Origin: a virus
Lineage: Duplodnaviria; Caudoviricetes
Reading direction: 5' to 3' (one strand)
Length of the DNA stretch: 64,000 nt
IMG/VR virus record: IMGVR_UViG_3300025389_000011
Under the pieces are notes generated by a model. The model was given only the letters and a program-made list of their open reading frames with translations, had not been told where the DNA came from and searched no databases. Of the stretch, positions 19,201 to 27,067 are shown in pieces (position 1 is the first letter of the stretch; each line of letters begins with the position of its first letter). The position numbers and the translations under genes were made by a program.

Positions 19201-19717
19201 TAAATTGATAGGTGTAGATTTAGTAAAAAATCCAGACTTAGCCAATGATCCTGAAGTTGCAAAAAAGTTAGTTGTAGCATATTTTAAGGAAGCACAGAAA
19301 AAAGGAACCAATTTAGCGGATATTAATTCTGTAGGTAAAGCAGTTGGATACGCAGGTGGAACTGCTGAGACTGCAAAAAGATCAGGTTTTGCCACACAAT
19401 TTGCCGCTAATCTTGGTTCAGGATCTAATAATGCCGGAACAATACTAGCAAGTGCAAACGCACAAACTATACCAAGTGCACCTAATGCAGGTCAAGCATT
19501 AGCAAAAGATAATACTGCAACATCATCTAGTAAAATTGTTGCTAGTAATGCACCAACCACATCGAATACAACGCCACCGGCTGCACAACCTGATCCAATA
19601 TTAGCATCAATTGATAATCTTAACACAACAATGAACACTAAGCTAGATATGTTAATTGAGGCTGTACACAGAGGAAATGATACCCAGTCTAAATTATTAA
19701 AGACTGCAAGGGCTTAA
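16274..19717 (+). CDS. Tape measure protein with C-terminal GH19 (chitinase/lysozyme-like) domain
   Basis: Long Ala-rich helical body with glycine-zipper segments; QIKGESG..ENLNYS and GYKYRGRGLIQLTGKDNY are GH19 motifs; next to the chaperone gene. Confidence 0.85.
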   Translation: MSSNDEINAQLAEQMRNLADTMAASSTSTILQTEILKKLAAAQGVDVKNIKGLDQDFSNLKTNISQQSAAYQANQKAAEEYAKAMGNFNAALTSGTRSLTSLAGALLSSERSFGKYNQALEGAGDAAWQLGKNFGVLGMALGALVKGVTVAAEQWTKQADATLKATDNLSKLGAAGSLTANQVLDMGHNAGLTSKNLEVMTKAAGRANSGLSILGSTVGDGTKAFGAMVAVTAEQRQAFQRLGVSQEELMDRQADYVKLQELSGKSYSDSLSDQKRLKRESLEYAEQLTRLSVLTGKSADKLQEEQNAVQLEYEEVLFERQQQNKINRLKAEGRDKEAKDLEEQEKKRIDFNKVITAEYGKKKGLEVARVGRTGQFDEKTSGLAQLGITVGQIQQGQKGGEAGGAKFAEELKQAGDKQIDRLGTAIGKTNDAEKLGAQLGLDQEFIQRTGNKQNRNEEQALADARNKTGGAAEGKSTAGGAAATDPAQIARNNLTETEISAQVAVDKLVQSTNPLLNGFNATTIAATALAAAAAAAALALGVMAGASLLKGGKGGLGKLLGKGKGAAGAVEGEAAALGKGAAGAVEGEAAALGKGAAGAAEGAVAKEVGTLGKMAGVLGKVGKLAGPLGTALSVGLAAKEGYDKVSDVNKQRDAGLISKNEATMQKSQAIGSAAGSAAGGAGGAWAGAAAGAAIGSVVPVVGTVIGGLLGAAVGGWLGSKGGEIIGEKAGKIAGDKLKDDSPGADRASAGLSDEDIKKQEESDKKALQSEKQNTLDTDKETKGLTENTIALINLTQALDDLSNIQTIQYQGGTEEEKQKRMQDIYARLGAVGGRGSAPSGGTAPTTPTAPTTPSAPITMGSGGAGTTPNDIVKALSANGITDTKSQSNILAQIKGESGDFKPKSENLNYSPEQLLKVFPNKVKSIDDAKRIVAGGPEAIGNLVYGGRMGNAADEGYKYRGRGLIQLTGKDNYAKFGKLIGVDLVKNPDLANDPEVAKKLVVAYFKEAQKKGTNLADINSVGKAVGYAGGTAETAKRSGFATQFAANLGSGSNNAGTILASANAQTIPSAPNAGQALAKDNTATSSSKIVASNAPTTSNTTPPAAQPDPILASIDNLNTTMNTKLDMLIEAVHRGNDTQSKLLKTARA
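17960..18066 (+). repeat. 45-bp in-frame tandem repeat (GKGAAGAVEGEAAAL), about 2.4 copies
   Basis: Identical units at 17960-18004 and 18005-18049, plus a 17-nt partial copy. Confidence 0.9.
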
Positions 19718-19730
19718 CAATAAATACATT

Positions 19731-21527
19731 ATGTCATATAAAAAGCGTTTTACCAACAAAACAGGTATATCTAGTCCAATCAGCGGTGCTAATAGTACCA
19801 CTGGAGCTTGGAACGGCAGTCCAGGTCAAAATGGTTCTGAAACAGGTGGTTGGAATAATCAAGAAATGGGTTATAAAAACTATATGTCTAGACTTCCTGA
19901 AGTCTATACAGGACACCCAAACCGTATCGAACGTTATAATCAATATGAAATGATGGATGTTGATGCTGAAATTAATGCTTGTTTAGATATTTTAGCTGAG
20001 TTCAGTACGCAAAAAAATGAACATAACAACACTCCATTTAACTTAAAATACAAAGATGACCCTACTCCACATGAAGTAGAATTGTTAAAAACACAGTTAC
20101 AGCAATGGTGTAAATTAAATGATTTTGATAAAAGAGCATTTAAAATTTTCCGTAATGTTGTAAAATACGGAGACCAAGTATTTGTGCGTGACCCAGAAAC
20201 GTTTAAGTTATTTTGGGTAGACATGACTAAAGTTGTTAAAGTTATTGTTAACGAAAGTGAAGGTAAATTACCAGAACAGTATGTTATCAAAGATATTAAC
20301 ATTAATTTACAAAATTTAACAGTAGCACAAAAAACAAACACAGACTTTGCCGCTAATCCTGCAACTGGTTTAGGTGGTACAGGTGGTGGTTCTAATACAA
20401 ATGGTTATACTGTTCCAAGTATGCCATACAATACAACAGGTTCAAGATTTACTTTAGGTCAAAGCGAAAGTGCTATTGATAGTAAACACATTGTTCACTT
20501 GAGTTTAACTGAAGGTTTAGACAGATTTTGGCCGTTTGGTCAATCAATATTAGAGAATATTTTTAAAGTATACAAACAAAAAGAACTGTTAGAAGATGCT
20601 GTTCTTATCTATCGTGTACAACGTGCTCCAGAACGTAGAATGTTTAAGATTGACGTTGGTAATATGCCAAGTCACTTAGCTATGGCTTTTGTTGAACGTA
20701 TTAAAAATGAAATTCACCAAAGACGTATCCCTTCAATCAATGGTGGACAATCTGTAGTAGATGCTACATACAATCCATTAAGTATGAACGAAGATTACTT
20801 TTTCCCAGTAACTGCTGATGGTCGTGGTAGTAGCGTTGAAGTATTACCAGGTGGACAAAATCTTGGTGAAATTGATGACTTGAAGTATTTTAATAATAGA
20901 TTGGCACGTGGACTACGTGTACCAAGTAGTTATTTACCTACAGGCCCTGATGACAATACTACTCCATTAAATGATGGCCGTGTTGGTACAGCTATGATTC
21001 AAGAGTTTCGTTTCAATCAATATTGTGAACGTCTACAAAAATACATGAGTGATAAGTTGGATGAAGAATTCAAACTATTCTTGCGTTGGAGAGGTTTTAA
21101 TATTGATAGTGGATTGTTTACAATGGAATTTAATCCACCGCAAAACTTTGCAAGTTATCGTCAAAGTGAGTTAGATACTGCACGTGTTAATACATTTAGT
21201 ACGATGGAAGCGTTTCCTTACATCAGTAAACGTTTTGCAATGGAACGTTTCTTAGGTTTAACTGAAGACGAAATCAACAAAAACGAAACATTATGGCGTG
21301 AAGAAAACGGTAAAAATGTTACGGAAGAACCACAGGGTGAAGACTTACGTAATATTGGTATCAATGCAGGAAGTATTGATAGCGATTTAGAAACAGCAGA
21401 CCAACTTGAAAATCCTCCACCAGAGGGTGATGAGACAGGTGGACTTGATGTTGCAGGTCCAGTTGTAGGAGGACAAGCAGGCAATCAACCAGCGGGAACA
21501 CCTGCTCCAACAGGAACACCAGTTTAA
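19731..21527 (+). CDS. Portal protein, T4 gp20-like
   Basis: LEDAVLIYRVQRAPERRMFKIDVGNMP, EDYFFP...RGSSVEVLPGGQNLGEIDDLKYF; TAAATA-N4-ATG at 19721. Confidence 0.95.
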   Translation: MSYKKRFTNKTGISSPISGANSTTGAWNGSPGQNGSETGGWNNQEMGYKNYMSRLPEVYTGHPNRIERYNQYEMMDVDAEINACLDILAEFSTQKNEHNNTPFNLKYKDDPTPHEVELLKTQLQQWCKLNDFDKRAFKIFRNVVKYGDQVFVRDPETFKLFWVDMTKVVKVIVNESEGKLPEQYVIKDININLQNLTVAQKTNTDFAANPATGLGGTGGGSNTNGYTVPSMPYNTTGSRFTLGQSESAIDSKHIVHLSLTEGLDRFWPFGQSILENIFKVYKQKELLEDAVLIYRVQRAPERRMFKIDVGNMPSHLAMAFVERIKNEIHQRRIPSINGGQSVVDATYNPLSMNEDYFFPVTADGRGSSVEVLPGGQNLGEIDDLKYFNNRLARGLRVPSSYLPTGPDDNTTPLNDGRVGTAMIQEFRFNQYCERLQKYMSDKLDEEFKLFLRWRGFNIDSGLFTMEFNPPQNFASYRQSELDTARVNTFSTMEAFPYISKRFAMERFLGLTEDEINKNETLWREENGKNVTEEPQGEDLRNIGINAGSIDSDLETADQLENPPPEGDETGGLDVAGPVVGGQAGNQPAGTPAPTGTPV

Positions 21528-21541
21528 GATAAATACTATCT

Positions 21542-21781
21542 ATGAAATTAATGGAAATGTTCGACAAAGCCATAGAAGGCTATCAAGATGTTGCAAGTGA
21601 CAACAGTAGACCTGAATGGAAAGAAAGCCGTAAAACAAAATTAACATTACGTCAAATCAGAAAATTACGAAAAATGATGGATGTTCGTAATTACGAAAAA
21701 CAAATGCACATGAAAAAAGTACAAGAACAATATGGCGCGGCAAGTGCGGCCGCAGCCGGAGCCGCTCAACCCACTCTCTAA
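21542..21781 (+). CDS. Small conserved head-module protein
   Basis: 79 aa; RKTKLTLRQIRKLRKM; own TAAATA box at 21530-35; between portal and core genes. Confidence 0.75.
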   Translation: MKLMEMFDKAIEGYQDVASDNSRPEWKESRKTKLTLRQIRKLRKMMDVRNYEKQMHMKKVQEQYGAASAAAAGAAQPTL

Positions 21782-21885
21782 AAACCATTATCTCTCCTAA
21801 AAACGTAAAAAATACGTGCTTATTGAGTAGTTTGTATAACTACGCACTAAATAATTCTACAAAGCCATTACTTAGGAGAATATAA

Positions 21886-22731
21886 ATGGACAACAAAAAA
21901 TTTGAACAACTTATTGATTTGATTATCAATGAGAACGAAGAACAAGCACGTGCGTTATTCCACGACATCGTTGTTGAAAAATCCCGCGAGATTTATGAGA
22001 CAATCATGGACGAAGAAAACATGGAAGAAGACGGCATGGGTGGTCAAGTAGGCCAAATGATGGACGAAATCTCAGCAGAACACGAAGGTATGGTTGAAGC
22101 TGAAGACGAAGAAATCGACTTTGACGATGATGGCGATGATGAAATCATTGACATTGACGGTGAAGATGATGACCACGAAGAAGAAGAATTAGAAGACCGT
22201 GTAACTGACTTAGAAGACAAGTTAGATGAGTTGATGGCTGAATTTGAAGAAATTATGGCTGACCGTGATGGTGAAGAATCTGATGCTGAGTTTGATGACC
22301 AAGCTGAAGAAGAAGGTGAAGACTTAACTCACGACATGGAACAAGAACATGATGACTTAGACGAAATGGAAATGGACGAAGACCCAATGATGGAAGCCAT
22401 TGCATTAAAGAAAGTTCCTGTAACTCATGGTGATAACGGTGTACAAACTAAATCTACTGTAACATCTAATTCAGGTCAAGCTGGAATGGATAGTAAGCCA
22501 GTTAAGTTCAGTGGTAGCGCAGAAGCTAACCCAACAAGTCCTAAGAAACCAAGTAACATTTATTCAAAGGGCGAAACACAAGTTAAAGATGCAACTAAGT
22601 GGAAAAATGCTCCTGCACAAAACAATGCAGACTTAGAAAGCACACCAAAACCAGTGACTAAAGACGGCGCAACAGGAACTAAGAGTCCAGTAGCTGAGTC
22701 ACGTAAAACTTCTACTAAGCGTAGAGTATAA
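21886..22731 (+). CDS. Highly acidic prohead core / scaffold-like protein
   Basis: Very D/E-rich N-terminal two-thirds; SD AGGAGA; TAAATA at 21848-53; occupies the position of T4 gp67/68. Confidence 0.7.
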   Translation: MDNKKFEQLIDLIINENEEQARALFHDIVVEKSREIYETIMDEENMEEDGMGGQVGQMMDEISAEHEGMVEAEDEEIDFDDDGDDEIIDIDGEDDDHEEEELEDRVTDLEDKLDELMAEFEEIMADRDGEESDAEFDDQAEEEGEDLTHDMEQEHDDLDEMEMDEDPMMEAIALKKVPVTHGDNGVQTKSTVTSNSGQAGMDSKPVKFSGSAEANPTSPKKPSNIYSKGETQVKDATKWKNAPAQNNADLESTPKPVTKDGATGTKSPVAESRKTSTKRRV

Positions 22732-22745
22732 AGGATCTGAGAGCA

Positions 22746-23381
22746 ATGGCTTTGTATCTCAAAGAACACTTATCTTTCGACCGTGCCAGTATGGTAGTCG
22801 AGAGTATAAGTGAGGGCGATAAGAAAAACCTTTACATGAAAGGTATTTTCATTCAGGGCGGGGTAAAAAACGCTAATGAGCGTATTTACCCTGTTTCCGA
22901 AATCGAAGCCGCAGTACAAACACTAAACTCACAAATCGCTGAAGGACATTCAGTATTAGGTGAAGTGGATCATCCAGATGATTTAAAGATTAATTTAGAC
23001 CGTGTATCACATATGATTACTCAAATGTGGATGGACGGAGCTAATGGATTCGGTAAATTAAAGATTTTACCAACTCCAATGGGGCAGTTAGTAGCTACTA
23101 TGTTGGAGAGTGGAGTGAAACTAGGCGTTTCAAGTCGTGGATCAGGTAATGTAAACGACATGGACGGCAAAGTGAGTGACTTTGAAATAGTCACGGTGGA
23201 TATTGTTGCTCAACCGAGCGCACCAAATGCATATCCTAAAGCAATTTATGAAGGCATGATGAATATGAAGCATGGTCATAAGTTGTTAGATATAGCAAAA
23301 GACGCACAAGGCAACAAGAAAGTAGAAAGATACTTGAAAGAGGAAGTAATGCGCCTTATCAAGGATCTTAAAATTAAATAA
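22746..23381 (+). CDS. Prohead protease, T4 gp21-like
   Basis: GIFIQGGVKNANERIYP, LGEVDHP, GVSSRGSG, DIVAQPSAPNA. Confidence 0.95.
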   Translation: MALYLKEHLSFDRASMVVESISEGDKKNLYMKGIFIQGGVKNANERIYPVSEIEAAVQTLNSQIAEGHSVLGEVDHPDDLKINLDRVSHMITQMWMDGANGFGKLKILPTPMGQLVATMLESGVKLGVSSRGSGNVNDMDGKVSDFEIVTVDIVAQPSAPNAYPKAIYEGMMNMKHGHKLLDIAKDAQGNKKVERYLKEEVMRLIKDLKIK

Positions 23382-23392
23382 GGGGAAACAGC

Positions 23393-24493
23393 ATGTTTGA
23401 TGCTATCAAGCCATTACTTGAAAGTGGACTTATTAACGAAGATGTAGGCCAGGCTCTAAATGAAGCATGGGAATCTAAGTTAAATGAGGCACGTGAACAA
23501 GTTCGTGCAGAACTACGTGAGGAATTCGCACAACGTTATGAACACGACAGAATCGTGATGGTAGAAGCCCTTGATAAAATGGTTACAGAAAGTTTATCAG
23601 AAGAAATTTCCGAATTTCAAACTGAAAGACAAGCAATGAACGAAGACCGCGTAAAAGCTAAACAGCAATTACGTGAACACGCAACAAAATTCAATGATTT
23701 TATGGTTACTAAACTAGCTGAAGAAATCAAAGAATTACGTGGCGAGCGCAAACTACAAATGGAAAATCAGCAAAAGTTAGAACAATTCGTTGTTCATGCT
23801 TTAGCACGTGAAATCAAAGAATTCTCACAAGATAAGAAAGCTGTAGTCGAAGCCAAAGTTAAGTTAGTTGCTGAAGGCCGTAAACAATTAGAAGCACTAA
23901 AAGCAAAATTTGTTAATGAAAGTGCTGAAAGATTGAATAAGGTTGTAACTACACATCTTAAAGGCGAATTGAGCCAGTTGAAGGAAGACATCAAAGTTGC
24001 AAAAGAAAACAACTTTGGCCGTCGTATCTTTGAAAGTTTTGCAAGTGAGTTCTCAGTAACACACTTAAATGACAAAGCGGAAACACGCAAGTTATTGAAT
24101 GCATTACAATTAAAAGACCAGCAATTAGCTGAATCTATCGAAACACTTAACCAAACTAAAAAATTGGTTGAAACAAAGGAACGTGAAGTCCGCATTATCA
24201 AAGAATCTAATCAACGTGAAAAAATGATGAGTGAGTTACTTGCTCCATTAAACAATGAGAAGGCTAAGGTAATGAAGGATTTACTAGAAAGTGTGCAAAC
24301 ACCAAAATTGCAAGCCACTTTCGATAAGTATCTACCAGCAGTTCTAAATTCTGGCGCAGTAAACAAGACTACCAAGTCTGTTTTAAGCGAAAGTATTAAA
24401 GAAGTAACTGGTGATAAATCTGCCAAGAAACAAGAAGTTGATATGGACCAACGTGACAACGTTATCGATATCAAGCGTCTGGCAGGGCTTTAA
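23393..24493 (+). CDS. Prohead scaffold, T4 gp22-like
   Basis: Long E/K-rich coiled coil between protease and major capsid genes. Confidence 0.85.
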   Translation: MFDAIKPLLESGLINEDVGQALNEAWESKLNEAREQVRAELREEFAQRYEHDRIVMVEALDKMVTESLSEEISEFQTERQAMNEDRVKAKQQLREHATKFNDFMVTKLAEEIKELRGERKLQMENQQKLEQFVVHALAREIKEFSQDKKAVVEAKVKLVAEGRKQLEALKAKFVNESAERLNKVVTTHLKGELSQLKEDIKVAKENNFGRRIFESFASEFSVTHLNDKAETRKLLNALQLKDQQLAESIETLNQTKKLVETKEREVRIIKESNQREKMMSELLAPLNNEKAKVMKDLLESVQTPKLQATFDKYLPAVLNSGAVNKTTKSVLSESIKEVTGDKSAKKQEVDMDQRDNVIDIKRLAGL

Positions 24494-24522
24494 AAAAAAG
24501 ACATAGATTAGGAGAATATAAA

Positions 24523-25719
24523 ATGTCAAAAGTTCTATTAGAAAGCCGTTGGGACGAGACCAAGGAAGCTCTGTTAGAAGGCTTAAAAGGCACTCGCCGC
24601 TCAACAATGAGTGTTATTTTAGAAAACACTAAAAAACAGTTGTTAGCTGAATCATCAGCAGGAACAACAACATCTGGTAATATCGCTACATTAAACCGTG
24701 TGATTCTTCCAGTTATCCGTCGTGTAATGCCAACTGTTATCGCTAATGAGTTGGTAGGCGTTCAGCCAATGACTGGTCCAGTAGGTCAGATTCATACATT
24801 ACGTGTACGTTATGCAAACAACTTGACTGATAACTCAGCCGCTCAAACTAGCGTAACAGCTGGTCAAGAAGCGTTAAGTCCATTCTTGATTGCTCAAGCA
24901 TATTCACGTACTCCATATGGTACTGACACATCAAGTTACTATACTGCTAACGACACAGCTGCCTTAGAAGGCAACGGTGGTAAGCAAATCAGCGTACAAA
25001 TCTTACGTCAAGCTGTTGAAGCTAAATCACGTAAGTTACAAGCACGTTGGACATTTGAGGCAGCACAAGATGCTCAGTCTCAACATGGTATTGACGTAGA
25101 AGCAGAAATCATGGCAGCTCTTGCACAAGAGATTACTGCTGAGATTGACCAAGAAATTCTATTGTCATTAGCTACATTAGCAACAACAGAGTATACATAC
25201 AACCAAGCTACTGTATCAGGTACAGCTACTTACGTTGGTGACGAACACGCTGCCTTAGCTGTTCTAATCAATCGTGTTGCTAACTTGATTGCACAACGCA
25301 CACGTCGTGGTGCTGGTAACTGGGCAGTTGTATCTCCAGCTTCATTGACTGTATTACAGTCAGCAACAACATCAGCTTTTGCTCGTACAACAGAAGGTAC
25401 ATTCGAAGCTCCAACTAACACTAAGTTCGTTGGTACATTGAATGGTGCTATGCGTGTATTTGTAAATAGCTATGCTCCAGATACACAACCTGTATTGGTT
25501 GGTTACAAAGGTTCATCAGAGACTGATGCGGCAGCTTTCTATTGCCCATACATTCCATTGATGAGTTCTGGTGTTGTTCTAGATCCTAGCTCATTCGAGC
25601 CAGTAGTTTCATTTATGACTCGTTATGGTTATATCGAGTTAACAAATACTGCGTCATCATTTGGTAACGCGGCTGACTACGTTGGTGAAATTGCGGTTCA
25701 GAATTTAACTTTTCAGTGA
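24523..25719 (+). CDS. Major capsid protein, T4 gp23-like
   Basis: GVQPMTGPVGQIHTLR, VEAKSRKLQARWTFEAAQD, EIDQEI, FYCPYIPL, FMTRYG. Confidence 0.97.
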   Translation: MSKVLLESRWDETKEALLEGLKGTRRSTMSVILENTKKQLLAESSAGTTTSGNIATLNRVILPVIRRVMPTVIANELVGVQPMTGPVGQIHTLRVRYANNLTDNSAAQTSVTAGQEALSPFLIAQAYSRTPYGTDTSSYYTANDTAALEGNGGKQISVQILRQAVEAKSRKLQARWTFEAAQDAQSQHGIDVEAEIMAALAQEITAEIDQEILLSLATLATTEYTYNQATVSGTATYVGDEHAALAVLINRVANLIAQRTRRGAGNWAVVSPASLTVLQSATTSAFARTTEGTFEAPTNTKFVGTLNGAMRVFVNSYAPDTQPVLVGYKGSSETDAAAFYCPYIPLMSSGVVLDPSSFEPVVSFMTRYGYIELTNTASSFGNAADYVGEIAVQNLTFQ

Positions 25720-25760
25720 AATTCAAAACACATTAATATCTTTACAGATATTATCAAATC

Positions 25761-25784
25761 AAAAGGCTCTTCGGAGCCTTTTTT
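25761..25784 (+). terminator. Intrinsic terminator after the capsid gene
   Basis: AAAAGGCTC-TTCG-GAGCCTTTT (cUUCGg loop) followed by further T residues. Confidence 0.9.
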
Positions 25785-25807
25785 GTTGGCTATCTATTAA
25801 ATACTAT

Positions 25808-26521
25808 ATGTCAATTATTTTATATACGTTAATAGTAACACACATCACTATAGTATGTGTCACATTATTTCTTCATCGTGGGCAAGCGCACAAAGGAATA
25901 GAATTTCATCCAATACTAAGTCATTTTATGCGCTTTTGGCTATGGATAACAACAGGTATGGTTACTAAGCAATGGGTAGCGATACATAGAAAGCATCATA
26001 GATTTAGTGACGTAGAAGGTGATCCACACAGTCCCCATGTATTTGGTATATGGAATATCGTTTTAAGAGGTGTTATGTATTATGTACGTGAAGGACGCAA
26101 CGCATCTACAATGACACAATATGGTAGAGGTACACCAAATGATTGGATAGAACGTAGAGTGTATAGCAGATATAACTTTCATGGTATATTAATTATGCTT
26201 TTAATAAATGTGTTGTTATTTGGTTATTGGGGTTTATTAGTTTGGGGCATACAAATGATATGGATACCATTTTGGGCCGCTGGAGTTATTAATGGCATAG
26301 GTCATTGGTTTGGTTATAAAAATGGTGAGACCAGAGACAAATCAACAAACATAATTCCATGGGGAATCATCATTGGTGGTGAAGAATTGCATAATAATCA
26401 TCACTTAAATCCTGCAAGTGTAAAATTAAGTAGACGTTGGTTTGAATTTGATATTGGTTACATGTGGTTAAAATTATTTGAAATAATAAAATTAGCAAAA
26501 ATAAGGAGCATACAATGTTAG
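25808..26521 (+). CDS. Membrane fatty-acid (acyl-CoA delta-9-type) desaturase
   Basis: His boxes HRGQAH, HRKHH, HNNHH; DPHSP; EFDIG; TAAATA-N4-ATG. Confidence 0.92.
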   Translation: MSIILYTLIVTHITIVCVTLFLHRGQAHKGIEFHPILSHFMRFWLWITTGMVTKQWVAIHRKHHRFSDVEGDPHSPHVFGIWNIVLRGVMYYVREGRNASTMTQYGRGTPNDWIERRVYSRYNFHGILIMLLINVLLFGYWGLLVWGIQMIWIPFWAAGVINGIGHWFGYKNGETRDKSTNIIPWGIIIGGEELHNNHHLNPASVKLSRRWFEFDIGYMWLKLFEIIKLAKIRSIQC

Positions 26522-26616
26522 ATTTTGTGGTACATGTATTTGGTGGTGTAATATTTGTTTGTATTATATATTTGGTTATTGAAGAATTAATTCAAAACAC
26601 TATTAAGAAATCCTAA
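26515..26616 (+). CDS. 33-aa single-TM peptide (below the ORF-track cutoff)
   Basis: MLDFVVHVFGGVIFVCIIYLVIEELIQNTIKKS; SD AAGGAG 6 nt upstream; overlaps the desaturase stop. Confidence 0.55.
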   Translation: MLDFVVHVFGGVIFVCIIYLVIEELIQNTIKKS

Positions 26617-26974
26617 TATCAGCATCAACAGTTACAACTTTAAGTATTGATTTTTTACTTCTTTTATTTTTCTTTTGATACAGTCTATGGCAATTAGCAC
26701 AGAGTGTCATAAGATTTTTTATATTTTTATTCTTTTTATCTCCGTCTTTGTAAACTAAATCTAGTTGACATTTATCTTTTGGTATAAAATTACATATATC
26801 ACATTTTAATTTTTTATTTTCTAAGTGCTTATGTTTATCACTATAAACAATTTTAGCACAATCAACACAATACTTGTGCCATTTTTGAAATCCAAGTTTA
26901 CTTTTTCCATTAGGTTTTGCCAATGCAAAACTACATTTTACACACACTGGTCTTGGTTGATTTGATGTTAACAT
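26603..26974 (-). CDS. Zn-finger / degenerate HNH-like protein
   Basis: Four CxxC motifs; QLDLVYKDG..KN...NL.TLCANCH; perfect TATAAATA at 26986-26979, 4 nt before the ATG. Confidence 0.75.
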   Translation of the reverse strand: MLTSNQPRPVCVKCSFALAKPNGKSKLGFQKWHKYCVDCAKIVYSDKHKHLENKKLKCDICNFIPKDKCQLDLVYKDGDKKNKNIKNLMTLCANCHRLYQKKNKRSKKSILKVVTVDADIRIS

Positions 26975-27067
26975 GCATTATTTATAAAAAGCACTTCATG
27001 GTTCTTTTTTCCGTGATTTGTATTTTGGAATATAGATAAATACTTAATCATATAGTGGATTTATTTA

